Source: an uncultured Acidobacteriota bacterium (GTDB taxonomy: Bacteria; Acidobacteriota; JAQAZP01). Taken from it: DNA of 64,000 nucleotides. Location: positions 64,001 to 128,000 of the forward strand of contig CAWIIB010000001.1 of the NCBI GenBank assembly GCA_963836075.1. The letters are read 5' to 3'. The notes under the pieces were generated by a model. It had not been told where the DNA came from and ran no database searches. It saw only the letters and a list, made by a program, of their open reading frames with translations. This document shows, one piece after another, positions 20,444 to 31,060 of this stretch (the first letter of the stretch is position 1; the number at the start of each line of letters is the position of its first letter). A program made the translations under genes and the position numbers.

Positions 20444-20782
20444 TCAGTCGGCAGCCTTCTCCGGCGAGGTGACGGTCTGGACGATCCAGTCGAGGTATTC
20501 GGGGCAGCCGTTTTCGAGATCGAGGGCGATGCACTCCGGCAGATCGTAGGAGTGCAGTTCGCGAATAACGGCGTGGATTTCCTCGAATTTATCGGGTATG
20601 GACTTGATGACCAGCAGCAGTTCCTCGTCGTCACAGACCTCATCCTTCCAGAAATAGATGGAACGGATGGCGGGGATGATGTTTACACAGGCGGATAGTT
20701 TCTTGTGAACGAGTTCTTCGGCGATGGAGATGGCCTGCTCTTCGGAGCCGACCGTGGTCAGGATGATGCAGGCGTTGCTCAT
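20444..20782 (-). CDS. cutA: divalent-cation tolerance protein CutA
   Basis: LVHKKLSACVNI, SIYFWK, LHSYDLPE, YLDWI. Confidence 0.92.
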   Translation of the reverse strand: MSNACIILTTVGSEEQAISIAEELVHKKLSACVNIIPAIRSIYFWKDEVCDDEELLLVIKSIPDKFEEIHAVIRELHSYDLPECIALDLENGCPEYLDWIVQTVTSPEKAAD

Positions 20783-20815
20783 GCAATCCTCGTGAAGCGA
20801 AGGAAAACGAAATGG

Positions 20816-20844
20816 AGTATAGGAAACGGTTGGTAGGTTGTCAA
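20816..20844 (-). promoter_or_regulatory. sigma70-type promoter of cutA-cysK-trmL
   Basis: TTGACA-17 bp-TATACT on the minus strand. Confidence 0.7.
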
Positions 20845-20871
20845 GAAAGCCCGTATTCACCCCGTCAGGCA

Positions 20872-22728
20872 GTGGGTGGTTCCCGGCACGTCACGGAGGG
20901 GGCGCTGCGGGCCGCTCTGCTCAGTGTGATTTTTGTGCTGTGCTGCTTCCCCGCTGTCCTGGCCCAGGACTTCGATGTCGATCCGGTGGCCATCACCGGC
21001 GTGGCATCGCCTGAGCGGCTCGCTCCCGGAGACAGCCTGCAGCTGGTCTTCACCGTGAAGATCGAGAACGATTACTACCTCTACCAGGACAAGGTTACCC
21101 TGGCCCTCAAGGAGGCCGAGGGCTTCATCGCCGGCGAACCGGTCTTGCCCGAAGCGGACACCAAGTTCGACAAGATCATGGAGCAGGAGGTCTCGATCTA
21201 CCAGGGCCAGGTGATTTTTCGGCTGCCGGTGGCCGCCGGGTCCGGCGTGGCTGACGGGCCGGTGACCCTCACCGGGGTGCTGGGGTTCCAGACCTGCACC
21301 GAATCCTACTGCCTGATGCCCACCACCGTGGACGTCCCGGTGGAGATCACCATTGACCCCGCCGCCACAGCGGCGCTGCAAACCGCGGCCGGCAGCGGCG
21401 CGGCCGATCTGGCCGCACCCGAAGATAACGCGGAGGGCCTGCAGGGCGCCCTGGACCAGGACAACCTCTTCCTGGCCCTGCTCTTCTGTTTCCTCGGCGG
21501 CATCGCCGCCTCGCTCACCCCCTGCGTCTATCCCATGATCCCGATCACCATCAGCGTCATCGGGGCCAAGTCCGCCGGCGGCAAGCTCAAGGGCTTCATC
21601 CTCTCGCTTTTTTATGTCCTGGGAATCGCCATCACCTACGCGGTGGCCGGCATGGCCGCCGCCAAAACCGGCGCTGTGTTCGGCACCATCCTGCAGAACC
21701 CCTGGGTTGTGGGCGGCATCGCCGCCGTCTTCGTCGTGATGGCCTTTGCCATGTTCGGCGCCTTCGAGCTCCAGGTGCCCACCTCGGTCTCCACCAAGCT
21801 GGGGGGCTACCAGGGCAAGGGTGTCTTTGGCGTGCTGGTGATGGGGGCGATCACCGGTCTGGTGGCCTCGCCCTGCGTGGGGCCGGTGCTGGTGGTGCTG
21901 CTGACCTACGTGGCCCAGAGCCAGTCGATGCTCCTCGGCTTCCTGCTGCTCTTCACCTTTGCCATCGGCATGGGGCTGCTGTTCATCGTCATCGGGACGT
22001 TCAGCGGGATTCTGGTCAACCTGCCCAAGTCGGGCACCTGGATGGTCGCGGTGCGCAACATCTTCGGGGTGCTGATGATCCTGGTGGCCTTCTACTACAT
22101 CCGCCCGCTGACCCCGGACGGGGTCTTTGCCCCGCTGCTGGGGCTGTTCCTGCTGCTCACCGGTCTGGTCACCGGCTGGCCCGGCAGCGCTGCTGAGCCG
22201 CCCATGGGGATCGGGCAGGTCTGGGCCAGGGGCTTTCGCAAGACCATCGGCGTCCTGGGAGTGCTGGTGGGCGCCTACCTGATCATCGGGACCCTGCTGG
22301 TCCACGGCTTTATTTTGCCGCCGATGAACCTTTCCGGGCCTGGTCTCTCAGCGGCCGGGGCCGCGGAGGCTGCGGACCAGGGGGTGGACTGGCTGCACGG
22401 CGAGGCCGAGGCGCTGGAGCGGGCCGCCGAAGAGGGCAAGCCGCTGATCATCGATTTCACCGCCGACTGGTGCGCCGCCTGCAAGGAACTGGAGGCCTTC
22501 ACCTTCTCCACGCCCGAAGTGCAGGCGGAGCTGGAGCGCTTCGTCAGCGCCAAGATCGACTTCACCACCAGCACCGACGAGGTCAAGCGGTTGTCCGCGA
22601 AATACAATATCAGGGGGCTGCCCCTGATCGTGTTCTACGACAGTTCGGGGAACCTGGTGCAGGAGCAGCGGGTCATCGGGTTTATCGACAAGGACCGGAT
22701 GCTGGAGATTCTCCAGGGAATACAGTAA
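20872..22728 (+). CDS. dsbD: thiol:disulfide interchange protein DsbD
   Basis: N-domain QTCTESYCLMP; TM domain SLTPCVYPMIP and SPCVGP; thioredoxin DFTADWCAACK. Start uncertain (ORF track 20812). Confidence 0.93.
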   Translation: MGGSRHVTEGALRAALLSVIFVLCCFPAVLAQDFDVDPVAITGVASPERLAPGDSLQLVFTVKIENDYYLYQDKVTLALKEAEGFIAGEPVLPEADTKFDKIMEQEVSIYQGQVIFRLPVAAGSGVADGPVTLTGVLGFQTCTESYCLMPTTVDVPVEITIDPAATAALQTAAGSGAADLAAPEDNAEGLQGALDQDNLFLALLFCFLGGIAASLTPCVYPMIPITISVIGAKSAGGKLKGFILSLFYVLGIAITYAVAGMAAAKTGAVFGTILQNPWVVGGIAAVFVVMAFAMFGAFELQVPTSVSTKLGGYQGKGVFGVLVMGAITGLVASPCVGPVLVVLLTYVAQSQSMLLGFLLLFTFAIGMGLLFIVIGTFSGILVNLPKSGTWMVAVRNIFGVLMILVAFYYIRPLTPDGVFAPLLGLFLLLTGLVTGWPGSAAEPPMGIGQVWARGFRKTIGVLGVLVGAYLIIGTLLVHGFILPPMNLSGPGLSAAGAAEAADQGVDWLHGEAEALERAAEEGKPLIIDFTADWCAACKELEAFTFSTPEVQAELERFVSAKIDFTTSTDEVKRLSAKYNIRGLPLIVFYDSSGNLVQEQRVIGFIDKDRMLEILQGIQ

Positions 22729-22759
22729 CGAACCCCGGCGGTCCGGCGAGGCAGTTCCC

Positions 22760-24175
22760 ATGAACGAACCGATCACTTTCGGCACATCGGGGTGGCGCGG
22801 CGTCATCGGCCGGGACTTCACCTTCCGCAACGTGCGGCTGGTGGTCCAGGCCATCGCCAACCTGATGGAGAAGAACGGAGACGGCGGTTCGGGGGTGGTC
22901 ATCGGCTATGACACCCGCTTCCTCTCCGAGCACTTCGCCCGTGAGGCGTCAAGTGTTTTCTCGCACAACAAGGTCCACTCGTTTCTCTGCGAGCGGGACA
23001 CCCCTTCGCCGGTGATCTCCTTTGAAACGCTGCGCCGCCGGGCCCACGGGGCGGTGAATTTCACCGCCAGCCACAACCCGCCGCAGTACCAGGGTCTGCG
23101 ATTTTCCGGCGCCGACGGCGCACCGGCCCTGCCCGAGATCACCGAGGCCGTGGAGCGGGAACTCCGCGTGCTGGAGAAATTCCTGCAGTTCGACGGCTAC
23201 TACCCCGAGCTGGAGTACGTCAAACTGGTGGACCCCCACCTCCACTACATCGAATCGATTTCCAGCCTGGTGGACTTGCCGCTGATCGCACAGAGCGGCC
23301 TGACCTTTGCCGTGGACCCGATGTTCGGTACCGCCCGGGACTACCTGGACCACATCCTGCTGGATAAACAGTGCCGGGTGACGGTGATCCACAACTACCG
23401 CGACCCGTACCTCGGAGGGTATCTCTCGGGCACCAAGGCGGGAAACCTCAAGGAACTGCGCCAGCTGGTCAAGGAGCAATCGATCGACCTGGGGCTGGCC
23501 ACCGACGTCGACGCCGACCGCTTCGGTATCGTCGATCGCGGGGGCCGCTTCGTCACGGCCAACCAGATTCTGGCCCTGCTGCTGGACTACCTGCTGGAAA
23601 CGCGGCAGTGGAAGGGGGAGGTGGCCCGCACCGTGGCCACTTCGCACCTGCTGGACCGGGTGGCGGCCAAGCACGGCTGCACGGTGACCGAAACACCGGT
23701 GGGTTTCAAGTATATCGGCAGCCTGTTTCACAGCCACAAGCTCGTCTTTGGCGGTGAGGAGAGTTCGGGGTTGACCATCCGCGGGCACCTTCCGGAAAAG
23801 GACGGTATTCTGGCCTGCCTGCTGGTGGCCGAAATGATGGCTGCCCGGGGTGGGCAGAGCCTGACCAGCATGCTCAAAACGCTGCACCAGGAAGTGGGGC
23901 CGCTGCACAGCGTGCGCACCCATTTCAACCTCACCGCGCGGCTGAAGGAACGGCTGGTGCGCAAGCTGCGCCGCCCGCCCCGAACCTTCAACGGCCGCAA
24001 GGTGGCCGGGGTGGTGGACCTTGACGGGATCAAACTGCTGCTGGACGACGGCAGCTGGTTCCTGATGCGGTTTTCGGGTACCGAACCGCTGGTGCGCTGT
24101 TATGGCGAAGCGGCCAGCCGCGGTGAACTGCGAACGCTGATGAACTGGGGCCGCGAGTACATTTTCAAATCCTGA
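22760..24175 (+). CDS. phosphoglucomutase/phosphomannomutase family protein
   Basis: FGTSGWRG, TASHNP, DVDADR, GGEESSG, RFSGTEP. Confidence 0.92.
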   Translation: MNEPITFGTSGWRGVIGRDFTFRNVRLVVQAIANLMEKNGDGGSGVVIGYDTRFLSEHFAREASSVFSHNKVHSFLCERDTPSPVISFETLRRRAHGAVNFTASHNPPQYQGLRFSGADGAPALPEITEAVERELRVLEKFLQFDGYYPELEYVKLVDPHLHYIESISSLVDLPLIAQSGLTFAVDPMFGTARDYLDHILLDKQCRVTVIHNYRDPYLGGYLSGTKAGNLKELRQLVKEQSIDLGLATDVDADRFGIVDRGGRFVTANQILALLLDYLLETRQWKGEVARTVATSHLLDRVAAKHGCTVTETPVGFKYIGSLFHSHKLVFGGEESSGLTIRGHLPEKDGILACLLVAEMMAARGGQSLTSMLKTLHQEVGPLHSVRTHFNLTARLKERLVRKLRRPPRTFNGRKVAGVVDLDGIKLLLDDGSWFLMRFSGTEPLVRCYGEAASRGELRTLMNWGREYIFKS

Positions 24176-25519
<1,344 letters not shown>

Positions 25520-25546
25520 CAGGTCCCGTTGATGGAGGTGCTACGG

Positions 25547-25957
25547 ATGGCGCGACGCGGACAGGTGACGCTGAAGCGAAAACCGCAGAAGCTGCCCGTC
25601 TGGTTCAAGCTGCTCCTGGTGACCATCGGCCTGGCTTCGGTATCCCTGCTGGTCACCGCGGTGGTGGGCCGGGACGGCCTGCTGGATCTGCAGCGGCAGC
25701 AGGAGCGCCACCAGCGTTTGCGGCTGGAGGTGCTGGAACAGCAGGACCGTCTGGACCGACTGGAGGCGGAGGCCCGGGCCGGCCAGGACGATCAGCCGCT
25801 GCAGGAGAAGATCGCCCGCGAGGAGCTGGACCTGGTCCGCGAAGGCGAAATCGTCTACCGTCTGCACACCGCAGAGCCCACTCCGCCGGACCTCGAGGCC
25901 CGGGGGCCGGCCGATGTTGCGGGGGCAGCCCCCCCGGTGGCCGGTCCTGTTGACTGA
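25547..25957 (+). CDS. ftsB: FtsB/DivIC septum formation initiator family protein
   Basis: Single TM, G.DG, coiled coil, EKIAREELDLVREGEIVY; typical position after eno. Confidence 0.8.
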   Translation: MARRGQVTLKRKPQKLPVWFKLLLVTIGLASVSLLVTAVVGRDGLLDLQRQQERHQRLRLEVLEQQDRLDRLEAEARAGQDDQPLQEKIAREELDLVREGEIVYRLHTAEPTPPDLEARGPADVAGAAPPVAGPVD

Positions 25958-25978
25958 CCGGGGCGAAGGTGGTAAAGT
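25950..25978 (+). promoter_or_regulatory. tRNA promoter
   Basis: TTGACT-17 bp-TAAAGT with extended TG. Confidence 0.6.
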
Positions 25979-26036
25979 CTGGCCTCGATCGTCGGAAAAC
26001 GGTCGAAAAACGGCGCCACGGAGGCGCTGTTCCTGA

Positions 26037-26113
<77 letters not shown>

Positions 26114-26123
26114 CGCATTGATC

Positions 26124-26160
26124 ATCGGCTCCCGGTTTCGGCCGGGAGCCGATTTTTTTT
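26124..26160 (+). terminator. Rho-independent terminator of tRNA
   Basis: 12-bp stem ATCGGCTCCCGG/CCGGGAGCCGAT followed by a T-run. Confidence 0.9.
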
Positions 26161-26286
26161 GGCCCGGAGCGGCTCGTGATATAATTGCGGGGTCCGAATG
26201 AGCACTGGATGATGAACGGGCCGGCCGGGAGGAAACCGGGCCGGCCTTTCCAGGTATATGACGCCGGCGGGGCGAGGGGGGAGCAG

Positions 26287-27366
26287 ATGAACCAGGTTAC
26301 TGAAAAGAAGCAGATCTTCTTTCCTGGACGGGCGATGTTCGAAGTGACCAAGCGCTGTGCCCAGCGCTGTGTCCACTGTTACATCGACGATTTCTCCGGG
26401 GAGGGGGAGCTGAACACCGCGGAGGCGAAGAGCGTCCTGCGGCAACTCTTCGAACTGAACTGCCTCGAAGTGACCTTCACCGGCGGCGAAGTGTTCATGC
26501 GCAAAGACTTCATGGAACTGCTGAACTACGCCCGTGAACTGCACTTCTCCATCGTCATCTATACCGAAGCCAACCTGATCAACGAGGAGATCGCTGACCA
26601 GCTCAAGGCGGTGAGCCCCTGGCGGGTGGAGGTGACCCTGCTGGGACACGACGCCGAATTGCACGACAAGCTGACCCAGGTCAAGGGGTCGTTCGCCCGT
26701 TCGTTGAAGGGGATCCGGCTGATGCTGGAACGGGGCATCAACGTCAAGGGCAAGACCATCCTGATGAAGGACAACATCGAGAGCTACCCCAGGATCCGGG
26801 AGCTCTTCGAGGAGCTGGGCGTGACCCATTTCGCCGATCCGCTGGTGACGCCGAAGACCGGGGGGGACTGCAGCGTGACCGACCGGCGAATCGAGAAGGA
26901 CGACATGAAAGCGCTGCTGGGTGACGAGAGCATCGCCCCGGGCACGATCATGCTCGGCACCTCGATGTACTCCGACGCCATGAACCAGTCGCGGGACATG
27001 CCGATGTGCAAGGCCGGTCTGAGTTTCGTGCACATCGACGCCGACGGCAGCGTCCTGCCCTGCGTGGCCCTGCCGGTGTCGGCGGGGAACATCCGCCAGC
27101 AGCCGCTGCGCGAGATCTGGGACAACTCCGAGCTGTTTCAGAAGCTGCGCAAGACCACGATGAAGGACCTGGACACCTGTTCGGACTGCGACCTCTACGT
27201 GCTCTGCTACCGCTGCCCGGGGTTGGCCCTGCTGGAAGACGGCGACATGTTCGGGCCCTCGCGCTCGGGGTGCCAGAACGCCGAAATCAAACGTGAGCTT
27301 CAACTGGAGCGGAAAGCCCGCGAAGAAGAGTCGGGGCCCAAGGGGGGCGAAGCTGCCGGCGAGTGA
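26287..27366 (+). CDS. radical SAM/SPASM domain protein
   Basis: CAQRCVHC, FTGGE; SPASM CKAG...PC...CSDCxxxxxCxxC...C; own extended -10 TGATATAAT at 26177-26185. Confidence 0.92.
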   Translation: MNQVTEKKQIFFPGRAMFEVTKRCAQRCVHCYIDDFSGEGELNTAEAKSVLRQLFELNCLEVTFTGGEVFMRKDFMELLNYARELHFSIVIYTEANLINEEIADQLKAVSPWRVEVTLLGHDAELHDKLTQVKGSFARSLKGIRLMLERGINVKGKTILMKDNIESYPRIRELFEELGVTHFADPLVTPKTGGDCSVTDRRIEKDDMKALLGDESIAPGTIMLGTSMYSDAMNQSRDMPMCKAGLSFVHIDADGSVLPCVALPVSAGNIRQQPLREIWDNSELFQKLRKTTMKDLDTCSDCDLYVLCYRCPGLALLEDGDMFGPSRSGCQNAEIKRELQLERKAREEESGPKGGEAAGE

Positions 27367-27368
27367 GT

Positions 27369-30314
27369 TCAGCTTGTGGTGCCGGGCGTTGCGGAGCGGT
27401 GGATCGATTCCGCCACCAGATTGAGCACTTCCTTGAGCTGGAACGGTTTGCGGATCACCTTGTCGATTCCGGCGGCATTCATTTCATCGGGGTCCATTTC
27501 CAGCCCCCAGCCGGTGATCAGGATCGCCGGCATATCCGGTTTTTCCTTTTTCACCTGTTTCAACACTTCCAGGCCGCTGATCCCGGGCATGCTCAGGTCG
27601 GAAATCACCATGTCAAAGCGCTCCTGGCGCATCAGCTCCAGCCCTTTCATTCCGTCCGCGGCCGTCTTCACCTGGTGGTTGCCGATCTTGAGGATGTCAG
27701 CCAGCGCGTTGCGCATCACCTCTTCGTCATCGATGACCAGGATCGAGGAGGGCCCCTGCTCGGCCAGGGGGCGCTGCACCTGAGACGGGCCGGCTTCCGC
27801 CGCCGGCCCTTCCCGCACCGGCAGGTGGACGACGATGGTGGTTCCCGCATCCGGGCTGCTGCTGACCTGGATCTCACCCTTGTGCCGCGAGATGATCCCG
27901 TAGACCATGCTCATTCCCAGGCCGCTGCCCTGGGGGCCCTTGGTGGTGAAGAACGGCTCGAAGATCCGCTGGCGGACCTCTTCGGGCATGCCGCAGCCAT
28001 TGTCCCGGAAGGTCAGGGTGATGGATGAGCGGTCGGTCTCGCTCTTCACGGTGAGCTTGCCGTTCTCCGGCATGGCGTCGATGGAGTTGATCAGGATGTT
28101 GAAGAAGCCTTCGCGCAACTCGGCGGCATTGCCCTGGACCGGCGGCAGTTTCCGGCGGTCGCGGGTCAGCTCAATCTTGATGTTCTGGGTCTGGGCCCGG
28201 GAGTTGATCAGCTCCAGTGCTTCGGCCAGCACCGGCTCCACGTCGATCATCTCCAGGCTGCGGTCGCGCCTGATGCGGGTGAACTCCTGCAGACGTTTGA
28301 CCTTTTCCGCCCCTTCAACGGTCAACCGTTCGATAATCGTGAGTTTGCCGGCAATGGCCTTGTTTTCCTCCTGGCTCAGCAGCAGCTGGACGTTGCCCAG
28401 AATGGCCCCGAGGAGATTGTTGAAGTCGTGGGCCACGCTGCCCGCCATCTCGCCCAGGGCGCGCAGGCGTTCGATCTGGATCAGGTTCTGCTCCAGCTTC
28501 TTGCGCAGGGTGATGTCTTCCACGATGCCGATCAGGCCGGTGGTCTCCTTGCCTTCCTGGGGCACGATCTGGACCCGCAGGACGTAGTCCCGGCCCGACG
28601 GCGATACGTAGCTCAGCCCGGTGAGCTCGAACGGTTTGCCGGTGCGCAGGCTGGTCAGCAGTTCCTTGTCCAGTCCACTTCTGGTCACCGAGGGCAGTTG
28701 GAGGACGTTGACCACCCGGGGGTCTTCCACCTCGCGGAGTTCGGCGATGGAGAGGAAGACCGGGTTTGCGCTGGTCAGATATCCTTCCATGTCGATGGAG
28801 AAGAGGCCGATGGGCGCCTTCTTCAGGATCTCCTGGCTGAAATCAGTGCGCTCCTCGGCGCGGGAACTGGTGGTGCGCTGCTGTTCGATCTGCAGGCTGG
28901 CCCGGGCCAGCTCGTCCCGGAACCGCTCGTCCTGAATGATCCGTTCCAGGGTGCGCCGGCAGAGACCCAGCAGTTGCCCCCGCAGCTTGCTGCGCTCCAG
29001 TTCGAGGCTGGCCGGAACCGGTGCTGCAGCGTCATCGGTATCCCACAGCGCCAGGGTCACGGCGGGAAACCCGTCGATGGCCAGGGCGTCGGCGTGCCGG
29101 AAACGCAGACCGGGCCGGTGGAGCCTGAGCTCACCTCCGCCGGGCCGGACCACCATCTCTCCATCGTCGGTACGGCGTGCCTCCAGGTCGGGTGCGCCAT
29201 CGTCTTCCGGGGATGATGTGACCGCGACTCGCGCGTATTTCAGCGAACGGATCAGGTATCCGCTGACCAGGCGCAGGGTCTCTTCGGCTTCCCGGCAGCC
29301 GGCCAGTTCCGCGGCCAGTTCCAGGAGGTCGGTGCGGATGCCGGGGTCGGCCACGGTTCGCCGCTGCCGCCGGGCCGCAGAGGTGTTGATTCGACCCAGT
29401 TCGAAGTTGGCCTGTTGCAGCACCTCGAGCGTGACTTCCCTGGAGGGGCTGATGTCGGTGACCGTGACCATCCGCTCCATCGATTGGCGCCAGCGCTGGA
29501 GCGCGGTGCGCCCCTCATCCAGCGAAAGCCCGATGATGGAAAAGTCCTGCTCGGTGAGTGCCGGCCGGGGGTCCACGGCGACACAGCCCATGTCGAACTG
29601 GTAGGAAATGCGATTGGCCAGGTAGACGATCCTGCTGATCGAACTGACCGGGCTGCCCGGTTCGTCGTCGAACCCGGTGTGGTGCCGGGCCACGCTCTGC
29701 ACGATGGTGGCCGGCAGGTGGCAGGTGGAGAGCAACCGGGCCCCCAGTTCGGCGTGGTCCACGCCCAGGGACTTGCGCTCACCGATGACCTCGGCCAGGC
29801 GGTCGCCCTGCAACCGCGCACCGCCTTCGGCATTGCGGTTGGGGTAGCGGAAGCGGATCACCAGCTTGCCCACATCGTGGAACAGACCGGCCAGATAGGC
29901 CGGCCCGGCCAGTTCCGGCGCGTTCTCGCCGCAGAGCATGGAGGCCAGACGGGCCACCGCCTGGCTGTGGTTCCAGAAACGGATCAGGTCCAGCCGGCGG
30001 CCAAAGATGCCCGCGCTGTCCGAGGGGATGAAGGGCAGCCCCAGCAGCAGCGGGCGCAGGCTTTTGATTCCCAGCAGATTGGCTGCTTCCTTGAGGTTGT
30101 CCACCTGCCCCGACCGGCCGTACGCTCTGGAATTGGCTTCGCGGAGCACCAGCAGGGCGGCGGCCGGATCGCGGGAGACCAGGCTGCGCAGCGATTCCAT
30201 GGTGCAGTCGCCGGAGAGCGAGTGCTCCTTGATCGCCATGCCGAGGGAAGGGAGGGTGGGCAGGTCCTCTGAACTGCTGATGACCCAGTTTTTCATGGTA
30301 GAACTGCGAGACAT
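27369..30314 (-). CDS. HDOD-PAS-histidine kinase-receiver hybrid
   Basis: HDOD: LPTLP, RDPA, FWNHS, AGLFHDVGK, GVDHAELG. PAS segment, then AHDFNNLL, NSIDAM, DNGCGM, PFFTTK, GSGLG. REC: IDDE, DLSMPG, KPF. Confidence 0.92.
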   Translation of the reverse strand: MSRSSTMKNWVISSSEDLPTLPSLGMAIKEHSLSGDCTMESLRSLVSRDPAAALLVLREANSRAYGRSGQVDNLKEAANLLGIKSLRPLLLGLPFIPSDSAGIFGRRLDLIRFWNHSQAVARLASMLCGENAPELAGPAYLAGLFHDVGKLVIRFRYPNRNAEGGARLQGDRLAEVIGERKSLGVDHAELGARLLSTCHLPATIVQSVARHHTGFDDEPGSPVSSISRIVYLANRISYQFDMGCVAVDPRPALTEQDFSIIGLSLDEGRTALQRWRQSMERMVTVTDISPSREVTLEVLQQANFELGRINTSAARRQRRTVADPGIRTDLLELAAELAGCREAEETLRLVSGYLIRSLKYARVAVTSSPEDDGAPDLEARRTDDGEMVVRPGGGELRLHRPGLRFRHADALAIDGFPAVTLALWDTDDAAAPVPASLELERSKLRGQLLGLCRRTLERIIQDERFRDELARASLQIEQQRTTSSRAEERTDFSQEILKKAPIGLFSIDMEGYLTSANPVFLSIAELREVEDPRVVNVLQLPSVTRSGLDKELLTSLRTGKPFELTGLSYVSPSGRDYVLRVQIVPQEGKETTGLIGIVEDITLRKKLEQNLIQIERLRALGEMAGSVAHDFNNLLGAILGNVQLLLSQEENKAIAGKLTIIERLTVEGAEKVKRLQEFTRIRRDRSLEMIDVEPVLAEALELINSRAQTQNIKIELTRDRRKLPPVQGNAAELREGFFNILINSIDAMPENGKLTVKSETDRSSITLTFRDNGCGMPEEVRQRIFEPFFTTKGPQGSGLGMSMVYGIISRHKGEIQVSSSPDAGTTIVVHLPVREGPAAEAGPSQVQRPLAEQGPSSILVIDDEEVMRNALADILKIGNHQVKTAADGMKGLELMRQERFDMVISDLSMPGISGLEVLKQVKKEKPDMPAILITGWGLEMDPDEMNAAGIDKVIRKPFQLKEVLNLVAESIHRSATPGTTS

Positions 30315-30429
30315 CCGCTCCGAGACGGTTTCAGCGCTACGCCCGAAAACCGGCAGACGGTGGCGGTGTGGTGGGCAGCCTCAGCTAATTCCTTTACCAT
30401 CAATCGGCTGCCGCAATTGCACTTTCTGA

Positions 30430-30458
30430 AATTTAACACCTCGAGCCACAAAAGGCAA
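30430..30458 (-). promoter_or_regulatory. sigma70-type promoter of HDOD kinase
   Basis: TTGCCT-17 bp-TAAATT with TG extension, minus strand. Confidence 0.5.
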
Positions 30459-30737
30459 GTCCGCGGTTGTTCTTTTCCGCCGGACAAAAGCGGCCGGAAA
30501 GGACGGCTGTATACCTTCAGCTGGGTCGATGTGATCATGATCTGTGAGCAGTACCCGTGAATAAAATCCCGGTATCCGGGTGAGTCTCAGCGCTTGAATC
30601 TGTGTGAATGAACCGCCCCTTCCAGCCAGGTAAGGTATCGGCACCATGGAACGTGTTCTTGAGTCGGTGGGAATGCCGGCGGAGGTGCGGGGGCAGGGGA
30701 GTGGGGCCCGGTATTCACCGGGCCGTTACCGGCCGCG

Positions 30738-31004
30738 TCAGCTTTTGTCCAGATTCTTCATAAAGCTGTCGATCATTTCATTCTCGTAGGTCACCGAGTT
30801 GAGAAACAGGGCCTCCACCAGGTAGGCCCGGCGGTCCTCGTCGCTCATCTGCTGCACCAGATTCTCGATTTCGCTCTTCATGTCGTGGTAGGTGTGCTCG
30901 AACTCCTTGCGCACCGCCACCTCCCGGAACAGCGATTCCACGATCTGGAGCAGGTCACCGTCGAGGTCTATTTCGAATCCGTTTTTCATCTTTATCGATC
31001 GCAT
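30738..31004 (-). CDS. small acidic hypothetical protein
   Basis: 88-aa ORF with coding-like codon usage, co-oriented with STAS gene; downstream hairpin GGCCCGGT-ATTC-ACCGGGCC (30705-30724). Confidence 0.75.
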   Translation of the reverse strand: MRSIKMKNGFEIDLDGDLLQIVESLFREVAVRKEFEHTYHDMKSEIENLVQQMSDEDRRAYLVEALFLNSVTYENEMIDSFMKNLDKS

Positions 31005-31060
31005 GGGGCACCGTATGTTTACTGTCCTGCGGCGCCGACGGGAGGGGCGCCGCCCACTGT

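Noticed and set aside
30705-30724. GC-rich intergenic hairpins (also near 14797, 26219, 31029, 47109) as a REP family
   Set aside because: No shared sequence beyond generic GGCCCGG/CCGGGCC cores; probably independent terminators or stabilisers.
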